Below are positions 18,525 to 31,654 of a stretch of DNA of 64,000 nt, one piece after another (position 1 is the first letter of the stretch; each line of letters begins with the position of its first letter). The stretch covers positions 6,336,001 to 6,400,000 of the forward strand of contig CM000151.3 of NCBI GenBank assembly GCA_000004695.1, in the 5' to 3' direction. A program made the position numbers and the translations under genes. Origin of the DNA: Dictyostelium discoideum (lineage: Eukaryota). The notes under the pieces are model-generated. The model saw only the letters and a list, made by a program, of their open reading frames with translations. It searched no databases and was not told the DNA's origin.

Positions 18525-19144
18525 CCTTGTTCACTATATTGTGAAAAAGCATTATATGAATTATTGTTGTTATTTTCAACATCACCAGACACTAATGGTG
18601 CATTATCATATCTTGAAGCTGTTGATGAAAATGATGATGTTAAATTATTTCTTCCTGTTAATTCTTCATTTTGATTTGTTGTAGATTTTGACTTTTCATC
18701 ATTTGAATTTTCATATCCTGATTTACTTGGAGTAGATTCATCTTCATTTTCATATGATGATTTAATTGGAGTTTGTGAATTTGTTGTTGTGGTTGTTGTC
18801 TCTACTACATTCTCTGATTTATTTTGATCATTTTCAACTTCAGTGTTAGCGACTGTTGTATTTGTATTTGTTGTTGTAGTTGTTGTTGTTGTTGTTGTTG
18901 GAGCATTAGTTGGTGAATTTATTTCATTTACTAATTTATTTTCTTCTCCCTCACTTTTTATTGGTTGTTGTTGTTTTGAGGCTTCATCAACTACTGTTGT
19001 TGTTGTTGTTGCTGTAGGCTGTTGAGTTGGATTTGGTTTGGGTGCTACTTTTGCTGGTCTTTTAAACCTTGCTGGTCTTTGAGAAAGAGCTCTTTCTTTT
19101 TCACCCCAGTATGAAAAAATTTCACTAAAATTTTTATTTGTCAT
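14255..19144 (-). CDS. CLU-domain plus Cys-containing LRR protein, paralog A (intronless, 1629 aa)
   Basis: This is a single ORF. The N-terminus has a conserved FSYWGEKERALSQR motif. Low-complexity T/N/S/E-rich tracts follow. Then come a CLU-like domain (ISLYSWNSEFQRLLEMDD..FIDYRGFRLMAMSLLPI..GSDNRFYLLDFARLSPPEPP) and an alpha-helical region. The C-terminal module is Cys-containing LRR (LDLGGCSGILGEDFNELYKGCPSIAKL). Confidence 0.7.
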
Positions 19145-20045
19145 AGTGTTGTGAGATATTTAAAAGGTTATTTTTAATTCTACCTTTTGTTTTATTTATT
19201 TTTTTATTTTATTTTTTTTTTAACTAATAATAAAAAAAAAAAACAAAAAAAAAGAAAAAAAAGTGTTAATAAAAAAACATTAAAACACAATCAAAGAAGA
19301 TAACTTACCAATATATACACTTTTAAAAGAATTATATTAAATATACACAGAAATAATTTGGAAAAAAAAAAAAATAAATAAAATGGGAAAAAAAGTTTTT
19401 TTTTTTTTTTTGTGAATCAAATTCAGTTAAAAAAAAAAAAAAGATATTTTGGTTGATTAAAAAAAAAAAAATAAAATAAAATAAAAATATTTTTTTTGAT
19501 TCACAAAAATATCAAAAAACGTTTTATTAAAAAAAATCTTGTTTAAAAAAATAAATGAATTTTGGGTATTAGTTAATATTAATTTATTAATGTTTTTCCT
19601 TTTATGGCATTCAGACGAACGTTTATGTTGCGGATTTTATTCACCACTGACTTCAAGACGTTGTTTATTATTTTTAAACGCTTACTTTTAAAAAAAAATT
19701 TTGAATGACACAAAAGAGAAAAAAGCAAATAAAAATAAAAAAATAAAAAAAACTAATAAATCATTATTATTTTTTTTTTTTTATTTTAAAATAAAAAAAA
19801 TAAAAAAAAAAAATAAAATATTTTAAGGGTATCAAATTGGAATGTTTTTGTCAGTAAAAAATCTATAAATATTCACTTAACAATAAAAAAAAAATAAAAA
19901 ATAAAAAAAAAATAAAATAAAAATAAAACAAAAAACGAACGAAACAATTTTTTTTTTATTTTTTTTTATTTTTTTTTATTTTTTTTATTTTTTTTATTAT
20001 TTTTCATTTTTTATAGATTTTATTAAACAAAAGGAAAACCTCAGA

Positions 20046-20222
20046 ATGGATAATTTATTAGTTTCATATAATGACAGCGATGAAAGTGATGTTGAAGAGA
20101 ATATAGAATCTTATAAAAATGAATTAGAATCAAGAGCAAGCACAATTTTAAAAGAATCAATTGAAAATCACGAAATTTCAATAAATGAAAATGGTGAAAT
20201 AACAATTGAATTAAATAAACAC

Positions 20223-20312
<90 letters not shown>

Positions 20313-21627
20313 GTAAATGAAATTAATAATGTAAATAGTAAAAAAAGAAATATAGATTCACTTTATAAAGATGACTCTGAAACAACCACCACCACAACAA
20401 CAACAAATAATGAAGAAAATAATACAAAAATTGGAAAGATTGGAGATATTTGTAATGTTTGTACTATAGAGAAATCAAAATATAAATGTCCAGGATGTTC
20501 AATTTTATTTTGTTCATTAATATGTTCAAATAAACATAAAATCGATACAAAATGTACAGGTGTTAGAAAAGATAATCATTTTATACCTTTAAATAAATTT
20601 AAAGATTCTGATATTGTAAATGGTAAATATAGATATAAATTTAAATTTTAAAAATTCTATTAAAATATATTAATGATATTATTTTATTTTTTTTAATTCA
20701 TTCCTATAGATTTTAACTTTTTAGATAAAATTAATAGAGTAAATGAAAATGGTAAAGCAATTGTTGCAAATTCTTTCATTAAATTTAAATCTAAACATTT
20801 ACAACAATTTGCATTTAGAAAAAATATAAACCTTTATATCATGCCAAAAGAAATGTCAAGACATAAAGAAAATACAACTTCTTTTAAAAAACCGTTTGTA
20901 TTAAATTCACTACAAATATTTATATATATATAAAAAAGTAAACAATCCATTAATTAATTTATTATTTTTTTTTTAAAAATTTAGTAAAAATTTATTACTT
21001 TGGAGAATTGAATGGTTATTTTTAGATGATGATTTTAAATGGTCAGATCCATCAATTCAAGATTCAATGATAATGAATGACCTTTTACAAAAACATATTG
21101 ATGATCCTGTAAATATATATAACCTTAAAAATAATTTAAAAAAATTAAATTCAAATAGAGATTATAGAAATCCAAATGAAAATTTCACTGTTTTAATGAA
21201 AAGAGAAAGAGATTCTGTATGTATTATTTAATTTAATTTAATTTAATTTAATTTAATTTATTTAAAATACTTAAATATTAATTTTATAAAAATAAAAAAT
21301 AAAAAATAGAAAAATCAATACTATAGATTTGATTTAACAAAAACATTTGATGAGAATTTTCAATTTAAAGAGATAATAGAATTTCCAACATTACTAGTAT
21401 TTACAAATAATTCAAAAAATTTATCAAATTATAATATTATTTCATTGGAAGATCAATCAATCATTGAAAAACAACAACTAGAAATTATAAAAGCAAACCT
21501 TTCTTTTAAAACTAAATATGACCCAAATTTAACAAATACTGAGGACCAATCAAAAAGATTTAAACCTAATAATAACAATAATAATAATAAAAATGGTAAT
21601 AAAAAAAATGATAGATTTAAAAATAAA

Positions 21628-21680
<53 letters not shown>

Positions 21681-21723
21681 TGATAATGATAATAATAATA
21701 ATAATAATAAAGATAATGAATAA
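20046..21723 (+). CDS. zf-HIT protein, BCD1/ZNHIT6-like box C/D snoRNP assembly factor; multi-exon (about 20046..20622, 20710..20897, about 20985..21216, 21310..21723)
   Basis: A zf-HIT motif, CNVCTIEKSKYKCPGCSILFCSLICSNKHKIDTKC, follows a poly-N tract. Downstream exons encode WRIEWLFLDDDFKWSDPSIQ.. and ..FDLTKTFDENFQFKEIIEFPTLLVF. The exon 3 to exon 4 junction (GTATGT donor at 21217, aatag acceptor at 21308-21309) is phase-consistent. I could not make the exon 2 to exon 3 junction phase-consistent with canonical GT/AG sites, so exact exon boundaries are uncertain. Confidence 0.45.
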
Positions 21724-21974
21724 AGTAATAGGAAATTATGAGAAATTAAAAAAGATTATCGGTTGTTTTTTCGAGATGTTTGATGAATGTCGAGCTTTTA
21801 TTTGAAAAAAAACTAATATTATTATTTTTATTTTTTTTTATTTTTTTTTTATTTTTTTTTTTTATATGTGAAAATAATAACCATGAATATGTGGTTTCAT
21901 TTTAAAACAATTTTATTAATATTTTTTTTTTTTTGTTTTTATATAAAAAATGAAAGTAGAATTTAATTAAAATA

Positions 21975-22021
<47 letters not shown>

Positions 22022-22068
22022 TTAAACATTCTTTTTGCAACATTCATTCTTTAATTTTATATATAAAT

Positions 22069-22105
<37 letters not shown>

Positions 22106-22504
22106 TGTGAATAACAAATTCTCACACTCGCATATCACACTTCCCACTATTTTAAGTAATTTAATATTTTAATATTAATTTCTTTAAAATACCACACTCT
22201 GACAATACCACACACAACTACTTTTAATTAACACGAATAAATTTTCCTTATTCAACAACAACAACAATCTCTGTCAAATATCCATTTTTAGATACATACA
22301 TAAAATCTAAAAAATATTGTTGTTTATTTCTTTTTTTTTTTTTTTTTTTAAATATTTTTTTTTTTTTTTTTTTTTTTTTATTAAACATTTTTATTAAAAA
22401 TAATTTTAATCTATATAACATAACCCACTAACAAATAATAAAAATTAAAAAAAAAGATAAAAAAAATAAAAAAAATAATACTATCACATACCCACTTCTT
22501 TCCA

Positions 22505-22551
<47 letters not shown>

Positions 22552-22674
22552 ATAAATTAAAAATAAACAAATAAAAAAATAAAAAAAAATTTTTTTTTTT
22601 TTTTTTAATAAATCGGATATAACCATTATTATAATTTTTATTATTAAATTTTTTTATAACAAAAATTAATAGGA

Positions 22675-22705
<31 letters not shown>

Positions 22706-22796
22706 TTTTAGTTTAATTTCTATTCTTTTTTTTTCTTTACAAATTAAAATATATAAAAAAAAAATAAAAAAAAAATAAAAAAAATAAAAAATAAAA

Positions 22797-24131
22797 ATGA
22801 AATTGATTTCAGAAATATCATTCTTTAAATTTATAAATAATAAATCAAATAATGGTGAATTTGAATCAGCAACTCAAGAATATAGCGAAACTATAATTGA
22901 AGAACAAAATATTTTAAAAAATCAAGAAGAGGGAGAAGAAATAGTTGAAAATGAAAATGAACCAGAAATTGAAAAGGAATTAACAGAAACAATAATTATA
23001 AATGAATCAATTGAAAATATTAAGTTATTTGGTAATAATAATAATAATAGTAATAATAATAATAAAAAGAATAATAATAATAATAAAAAATCAAGAAAGA
23101 AAAGAAAAGTACATGAAAATAATAATAATAAAAGTGTTGATGTTCAATATAAAAAGGGTTATTTTATAAATTCAAGAGGAATGAAATTAGTTTGTCAAGA
23201 ATGGATACCACATAATCCAAGGTATTATTAATTAAATTTTATTTTTATTTTTTTTCATTAATTTTAATAAAAATATATATATTAATATTATTATTATTAT
23301 TATTATTATTAAAAAAAAAAAAAAAGAGGTATTGTTATAGTTTTACATGGATATGGTGATCATGGACAAACTACATTAGCAGAAGATTGTAAGATTATGG
23401 CAAGAAATGGATTTGCATCATTTATTTATGATCAACAAGGACATGGATTAAGTGAAGGTGTACCAGCGTATATTAGGGATTTTGATGATTTAGTAGAGGA
23501 TTCATTATTGTTTATATCAGATATTAAATTTAGATTTCCAAGATTAAAGAGATTCGTTTGTTGTACAAGTATGGGTGGTGCAGTTGGTACATTGGTTTCA
23601 TTAAGAAAACCAGAAGTATTCGATGGTGGTTTAATTCTATTGGCACCATTGATAAAGTTGGATGAAAATATGATACCAAATCCAATATTAGTTTCATTGT
23701 TAACATGGGTTTCAAAATCATTTCCAACATTAGCAATTGTACCAGGAGAGAATGTTTTGGATCGTTCGATCAAAGATCCACAGAAAAGGGTTGAACATGC
23801 AAATCATCCATTAACTTATAAAGGTAGAGCACGTATTGGTACTGGTTTAGCAATTCTAAAGGCAACAAGTTTTCTTCAATCCCATTTGGAGGATATTTCA
23901 GTTCCTCTTTTAATTTTACATGGTTCATTGGATAGAGTTTCTTCTCCAACCGTAAGTGAAGAACTCTACAAGAAAGCAATCAGTGCCGATAAAACTTTAA
24001 AATTATATCCAACTTTTTGGCATGGTATAACCTCTGAAAAAGATGCTGATATAGTTTATAATGATATTATTAATTGGATGATTGAAAGATTAAATCCTAA
24101 AAAAGATTTTGTTGGTTCAGCCAGTTTTTAA
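22797..24131 (+). CDS. Alpha/beta-hydrolase, monoglyceride-lipase/lysophospholipase-like (2 exons: 22797..23221, 23327..24131)
   Basis: Exon 2 encodes VLHGYGDHG..QGHGLSEG..CTSMGGAVG (a GxSxG nucleophile elbow) ..LILHGSLDRVS..FWHGI, typical of the Hydrolase_4/MGLL family. A phase-2 GT donor at 23222 joins the acceptor ag at 23325-23326, giving ..HNPR-GIVIVLHGYG. Exon 1 is an acidic, low-complexity N-terminal extension. Confidence 0.6.
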
Positions 24132-24210
24132 AATTCAAAAATTTGTATAAAAATAAACTCCAAAAAAAATTAAAAATTAAAAATTAAAAAAAAAAAAATA
24201 AAATTAATTC

Positions 24211-24246
<36 letters not shown>

Positions 24247-24341
24247 GAACGAATGAACGTTTAACTGAATTTTTTTTTTTTTTTTTTCATTATTCATTTT
24301 CATTACCCATTCATACACATAAATATATTTACTTATAAATA

Positions 24342-26780
<2,439 letters not shown>

Positions 26781-27099
26781 AACAAAAACAAAATAAAAAA
26801 AAAAACAAAATAAAAACAAAACAAAATAAATAAAAATAAATATATAAATTTAATTTTTGTATTTTAAAATGTAATTGTTTGTGGAAAGTGTTTTTTTTTA
26901 CTTATTATATCTCAGTTTTCAAATTGTGTTTTATTCGAAATCTTTTGTATTATTTTAAGCTCCCTGTCCAAAAAAACTTTTAAAATTTTTTTTTTTTTTT
27001 ACCTGTGATCAGACCTTCAAGGAATGTCCTTGTGTCTTTTCGGCGGTGTTTGTTAAACGATTTTATTTTTATTATTCAATTGTATTAAATTTTTTAAAC

Positions 27100-27106
<7 letters not shown>

Positions 27107-27147
<41 letters not shown>

Positions 27148-28450
27148 ACTACTTAAATTGGAAGAGGGTTCGGAACTGCTGGGGTTTGCCAGGCTTTGTT
27201 GAATTTGTATTTGTGAAGATCTTGATTGGTGTTTTTTAGACATATCAAAATACAACAGAACTGAGAGAATCTTCCCCAATCTCATAGGAATAATAGCACA
27301 CCAATTATGGAAGATAATCTGTCACAAATTGTTCAACACTGATGAAAGCAAACCAGAGCCAAAATTCGAACAAAAGGTCATAGAAACAGAATTACTAAAT
27401 CTCATAAAAAAAAAATTATAAAAAAACACCAATCAAGATCTTCACAAATACAAATTCAAAGCCTGGCAAACCCCAGCAGTTCCGAACCCTTGGTATCCAT
27501 TGACCATCTGTGGATTTTGATGAATGATAATTTGTTAACTGTTGATATGATGGTTTTTTCAATATCTAGGATATCTTGGCATAGAGTGAAGAGGTGAGAA
27601 TAAGGGTCTCTGAATAGATGGCCACAGATCTTGCATCTGGTGTCTCTTTCGTGGTTGATACCTGGAAGTGATCTTGAGAAGAATCTGAAGAGGGTGTTTC
27701 TACCTTTTTGGTGAGAAATGCTGTTGATGTTTATGAATACTTTGGGTATTGCTGTGTTGTATCTCACCGCCCATAACTTCTGCCATTCTGTTCTTCTTGG
27801 TGTTGGGTGTCTGTCTTTGATCATGAGTTCGTAGATTTCTTTCAGTTTTAGTGGTTCGTCATTGTCGTTTCTTATACAGTCTGGAAGTTCATTTATCTTT
27901 GGATGGTTTTGGTAAAATTTGACTCTGAATACACCCCAGTGTCTGCACATATCGTTGAGGGTTGAAGTGTGGGCTTTTTTTCTACTTAATTGCTCCATGT
28001 ACCATTCTTGTAAAGTATTGTTGTTGTTGTTGTAGTTGTTATGGAGTAGCCTGTTCATGTACCAGATTTTGAATGCTATATGTCTTAGTTCTATATCCCA
28101 TAATTTTATGCCTCCTTCTTTCCAATCTGCATATGCTCTGTCTATTTTCATCATAGTTTTGTATTTTCTCTCTTCTGTATATGTATTCTTAACTGAGGAG
28201 AATAAGAACCATCTGGTCATGTTATTGATTTCCTCAATTTGTTCTTCATTTAGATTATCCATGTATTGATGGTATGTTAATTTGGATAGAACGTATGTTT
28301 TGAGAATTGTCATCTTTGCCTTCATCGTTATTGCTTGTGATTTCCATTTGATAAGATTGTTTTTCATTTCTTGGATTAAAGTGTTGTATTTTGAATTTAA
28401 ACCTGTTTTGGTGAAATTGAGGCCAAGATATAAAAAACTTTTAAAATAAT
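27107..28450 (-). mobile_element. TRE3-like non-LTR retrotransposon, 5'-truncated fragment with a rearranged 3' end; oligo(A) tail seen as poly(T) at 27107..27146
   Basis: A minus-strand ORF carries the ORF2 C-terminal CCHC-like motif CKICGHLFRDPYSHLFTLC. It is homologous to the plus-strand fragment at 43479..44045. The poly(T) run marks the 3' end. The fragment lies about 70 bp downstream of tRNA-Gln on the same strand. Confidence 0.6.
27456..28367 (-). pseudogene. TRE3-like ORF2 C-terminal fragment (303 aa). The reading frame runs into an inverted-repeat copy and terminates.
   Basis: ..HQKGRNTLFRFFSRSLPGINHERDTRCKICGHLFRDPYSHLFTLCQDIL..HRWSMDTKGS is followed by ELLGFARL*, which is encoded by the 77-bp inverted repeat. 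The expected continuation (LDISK..IGIIAHQLWKIICHKLF) is found on the opposite strand at 27238..27420. Confidence 0.55.
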
Positions 28451-28518
28451 ATAAAACAATTTAAAAAACTGATTCGAGTATTTCCGGAACTTCGGATTTT
28501 GATATAAATACTAAAAAG

Positions 28519-28591
28519 TGGTTCTACTGAGACTCGAACTCAGATTACAGGATTCAAAGTCCTGGGTGCTAACCAATTACACTATAAAACC
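28519..28591 (-). tRNA. tRNA-Gln (anticodon UUG)
   Basis: The reverse complement is GGTTTTATAGTGTAATTGGTtAGCACCCAGGACTTTGAATCCTGTAATCTGAGTTCGAGTCTCAGTAGAACCA. It folds into a 7-bp acceptor stem with one G-U pair. The anticodon stem is CAGGA/TCCTG with loop CTTTGAA (anticodon TTG). The T-loop is GTTCGAG. Confidence 0.75.
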
Positions 28592-28898
28592 TTATGATTT
28601 TCAATATTTTAAAAATAAGACATCGTTTAATTTTCACAAAAAAACAAACAACAACAACAATCTCTTTTTTTGATTATTTCATTTTTCATATAAAAAAGAC
28701 TTAAAAAACAAATAAATAAATAAATAAACTATTTTAAAAAGCCATCTTTTTACTTTATTGTAATTTATTATTTGTTTCGTTTTGAGAATTTTGCGTAGCA
28801 AAATTTTCAAAAAAAAAGCAAAAAATAATCAGATCGAAAAAAACAAACAACAACAACAATCTCTTTTTTTGATTATTTCATTTTTCATATAAAAAAGA

Positions 28899-28978
<80 letters not shown>

Positions 28979-29053
28979 GGAACCAAGTTAATTAGAAAAT
29001 TTCCAGATTTTTAACTTTTTAAAGAAAAATAAAAAAGATAGAAAGAAAATAAA

Positions 29054-30388
29054 ATGAAAATCACAAACAACACCACAAATATTAAGCAACACAAATGCCT
29101 ACAAAAAATAAGCGAAATTGTGGATAAAACTCAATTAAAAAAAAAACAATTCAAATACGTCATAAACATCAATCACGAACCAGACGATAAAATAAAAAAA
29201 GATTTAGAAAAAAGTTTGGACAAAAAAGATGTTTTAATCAAAAGTAATAATACATTCAAAATTCTCACAGACAGTATTAGTACAGTAATCTATTTTGTAA
29301 ATATGTTTGATGCAGAATTAAAAGGACAATTTATAACCACTATAAGACCAAAAAATATGTATACAGATTTTGATTGGTATAAATCACTCACAGAAATAGA
29401 ATGGGTAATAGAAAATGAAGGATGTAAACTAATTAAATCAGAAATTAAAGGCGAAACTCTAATTATCAAAACAGTGAAAAGAGTCGTAGAAGAATTTGAC
29501 ACTATCATTGAACTAGACAATCTAACATTAATTGGACACTCCAACAAAGGATGGAGAGATCAAACCTCATTACCAGAAAATCAAGAAGAAAACAAAAATA
29601 AAAAACAATCAGATGAACAACAACCACAATCTACATCAGAACAAATACCAAAACAAGGAAAAAGAACAATCATTATCCCACCAATCACATCCTCATCTAA
29701 TGATAAAACATTTATGGCCCTAGATGATACAGCTCAAAAGGTAATAGAAGCATCACTAGAAAACGTAGATGAACTAACAAGAATAGAGAATGAGATCAAT
29801 ACACAATCGATAAACAATCAAGAAATTAAAACAAAATCAGAAAAACCTATCGAACCACCATCTCCATACAATACACCAATAAAACAACACGGCGAAACAA
29901 AGGGACTAACAACGGAAGAAAAACTTAGAGAGGCAAATGATATCTTCGACTTCACCAGCCCAAACACTGATGCAATAAGAAAAATAGAATTCCCACTTTC
30001 AATCCCTTCAAATCAATGGTTCTTCTCCTCTCCAATAAAACATATCATGAGTTTCAGCCCAACCTATGGTACACCATCGAAAATTATCGATTCACCAAGT
30101 AAATTGTTAAACACACCAAAAAAGAAACAACAAGACAAAACAAACAAGACCAACAAAACACCAGTCAAACCAAAATTGGGTGAATATGGACAAAAAAGCA
30201 TAAAAACAAAAATGGATGAAGATATAGACAACTTCAACAAGGAAATTCTAAAACAAATCAATAAATCAAAAAACCCCACAAACACACAAGACCAACAACA
30301 CAACGAACAAAGTAAAGATCAGTTAGAAGACAAAATAAACCAGAAACTTCAAAAGGTAGATAAAAATCTACCCCAAATAAAACTATAA
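29054..30388 (+). CDS. TRE5-like retrotransposon ORF1 (444 aa)
   Basis: The domain order is shared with TRE5-A ORF1 (48158..49522). NNTFKILTDSISTVIYFVNMFDAELKG..IRPKNMYTDFDWYKS aligns with KNKFKILTDCRTQVIKYSNVFNGVLKG..IKPKKIFKTFNWEKS. A basic, Q/K-rich C-terminal half follows. Confidence 0.55.
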   Translation: MKITNNTTNIKQHKCLQKISEIVDKTQLKKKQFKYVININHEPDDKIKKDLEKSLDKKDVLIKSNNTFKILTDSISTVIYFVNMFDAELKGQFITTIRPKNMYTDFDWYKSLTEIEWVIENEGCKLIKSEIKGETLIIKTVKRVVEEFDTIIELDNLTLIGHSNKGWRDQTSLPENQEENKNKKQSDEQQPQSTSEQIPKQGKRTIIIPPITSSSNDKTFMALDDTAQKVIEASLENVDELTRIENEINTQSINNQEIKTKSEKPIEPPSPYNTPIKQHGETKGLTTEEKLREANDIFDFTSPNTDAIRKIEFPLSIPSNQWFFSSPIKHIMSFSPTYGTPSKIIDSPSKLLNTPKKKQQDKTNKTNKTPVKPKLGEYGQKSIKTKMDEDIDNFNKEILKQINKSKNPTNTQDQQHNEQSKDQLEDKINQKLQKVDKNLPQIKL

Positions 30389-30389
30389 A

Positions 30390-30640
30390 GAAAAACACAA
30401 TAAGAATAGGTGTTTGGAACGTCCAAGGATCCAACACCATCCAATCTGCCAGCATAATAAACACCGTTTTAGACAACAACAAGCTGGACGCAGCACTTCT
30501 AACTGAAACAAATATAAAAACAAATAAAATTTACTCAATAAATCAACAATATAAAAACAAAATAACACACCACGCACCAATTGATAAAACAGGACAAGGG
30601 GTGTCACAAATCATCATCAACACCCGCAATAGAACTTCCT
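30390..30640 (+). pseudogene. Truncated ORF2 N-terminus (APE-type endonuclease) of the TRE5-like element
   Basis: RIGVWNVQGSNTIQSASIINTVLDNNKLDAALLTETNIK..APIDKTGQGVSQIIIN parallels the TRE5-A ORF2 N-terminus MTWNCQGCSTIKS..ISILTETNLK. The reading frame ends after about 85 codons and runs into poly(A) at 30686..30740. Confidence 0.5.
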
Positions 30641-30684
30641 AAACATCTCAAAAAATACAATAATTCACTCAGTACTTTCTATAA

Positions 30685-30742
<58 letters not shown>

Positions 30743-31654
30743 CAAGTTAATCAGAAAAATAAAAAAGATAGAAAGAAAATAAAATGAAAATCACAAACAA
30801 CACCACAAATATTAAGCAACACAAATGCCTACAAAAAATAAGCGAAATTGTGGATAAAACTCAATTAAAAAAAAAACAATTCAAATACGTCATAAACTTC
30901 AATCACGAACCAGACGATAAAATAAAAAAAGATTTAGAAAAAAGTTTGGACAAAAAAGATGTTTTAATCAAAAAGACCCTGTAAAAAAAAAAAAAAAATA
31001 AAATGAGATCTAGCATCTCAAGGAGAAGCAAATAATAATTGCGTTATCCAATTCAAAAAAAAAAAAATCGTTTAATTTTCAAATTTTTTAAAATAAATTT
31101 ATAGAATTGATTGGAATTATTTGAATATGCAGAAGTAAAATTTAAAAGAGACTTCAATCTTAGACCCAAATAAAAGGTTGTACAATATATCTATTGTACT
31201 TTTTTCATGATGATATTTAATAGTTAAACCGGTTTATATATTAAGTATTAAGAAATTTTTTTTTTATTTATTTTTTTATTTTTTTTGGGTTGAATAAAAA
31301 TAAAAGTTCTTTTGGTAATTAAAAAGGTTATTAATAGTCTTAATTATTGAATTTTTTAATGTTGGGCAAATTTTAAATATTTTACAAAAAAAAAAAATTT
31401 AAAATATTTTTTTTTTTTTTTTAAAAAACTTTTCTTTGATTTGTTAAATTATTAGAAATTTTTTGATTTGTTTGATAATATTTTTTTTTTTTTTTTTTTT
31501 AAAAAATAGATATTTTAACAAATCAAAAAAAATCTCGCAAAAGAAGCCCAAATTTTAAAGATAAAAAAAAAAAAAAAAAATTTATTTTTAAAATTTTTTT
31601 TTTTTTTTTTATTTTGTAAAAAATTCTAAAAATAAATAGAAATATATAAATAGA

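Larger units (their letters stand above)
28638..31066 (+). mobile_element. TRE5-family composite, internally deleted non-LTR retrotransposon flanked by the 14-bp TSD tcgtttaattttca (28617..28630 and 31067..31080)
   Basis: 28638..28905 is about 1.3 copies of an A-module homologous to the TRE5-A A-module (gattatttcatttttcatataaaaaagactt ... ttttgcgtagcaaaattttcaaaaaaaaagcaaaaaataatcag). An internal A67 tract follows, then a B-module-like leader, ORF1 (29054..30388), the ORF2 APE-endonuclease N-terminus and a second A55 tract. Next comes a second leader plus 66 codons of ORF1 (30784..30984), then a short 3' tag and A12. The 5' end lies about 48 bp upstream of the minus-strand tRNA-Gln. Confidence 0.6.

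Noticed and set aside
23432-23979. Three minus-strand ORFs antisense to the alpha/beta-hydrolase exon 2
   Set aside because: They are antisense to a well-conserved hydrolase reading frame and have no features of their own.
26880-27106. A somewhat GC-richer patch (..cggcggtgtttg..) between NAF1 and the TRE3 poly(T)
   Set aside because: It has no ORF or RNA structure and no repeat homology within the window. It is most likely the NAF1 3' UTR or ordinary flanking sequence.
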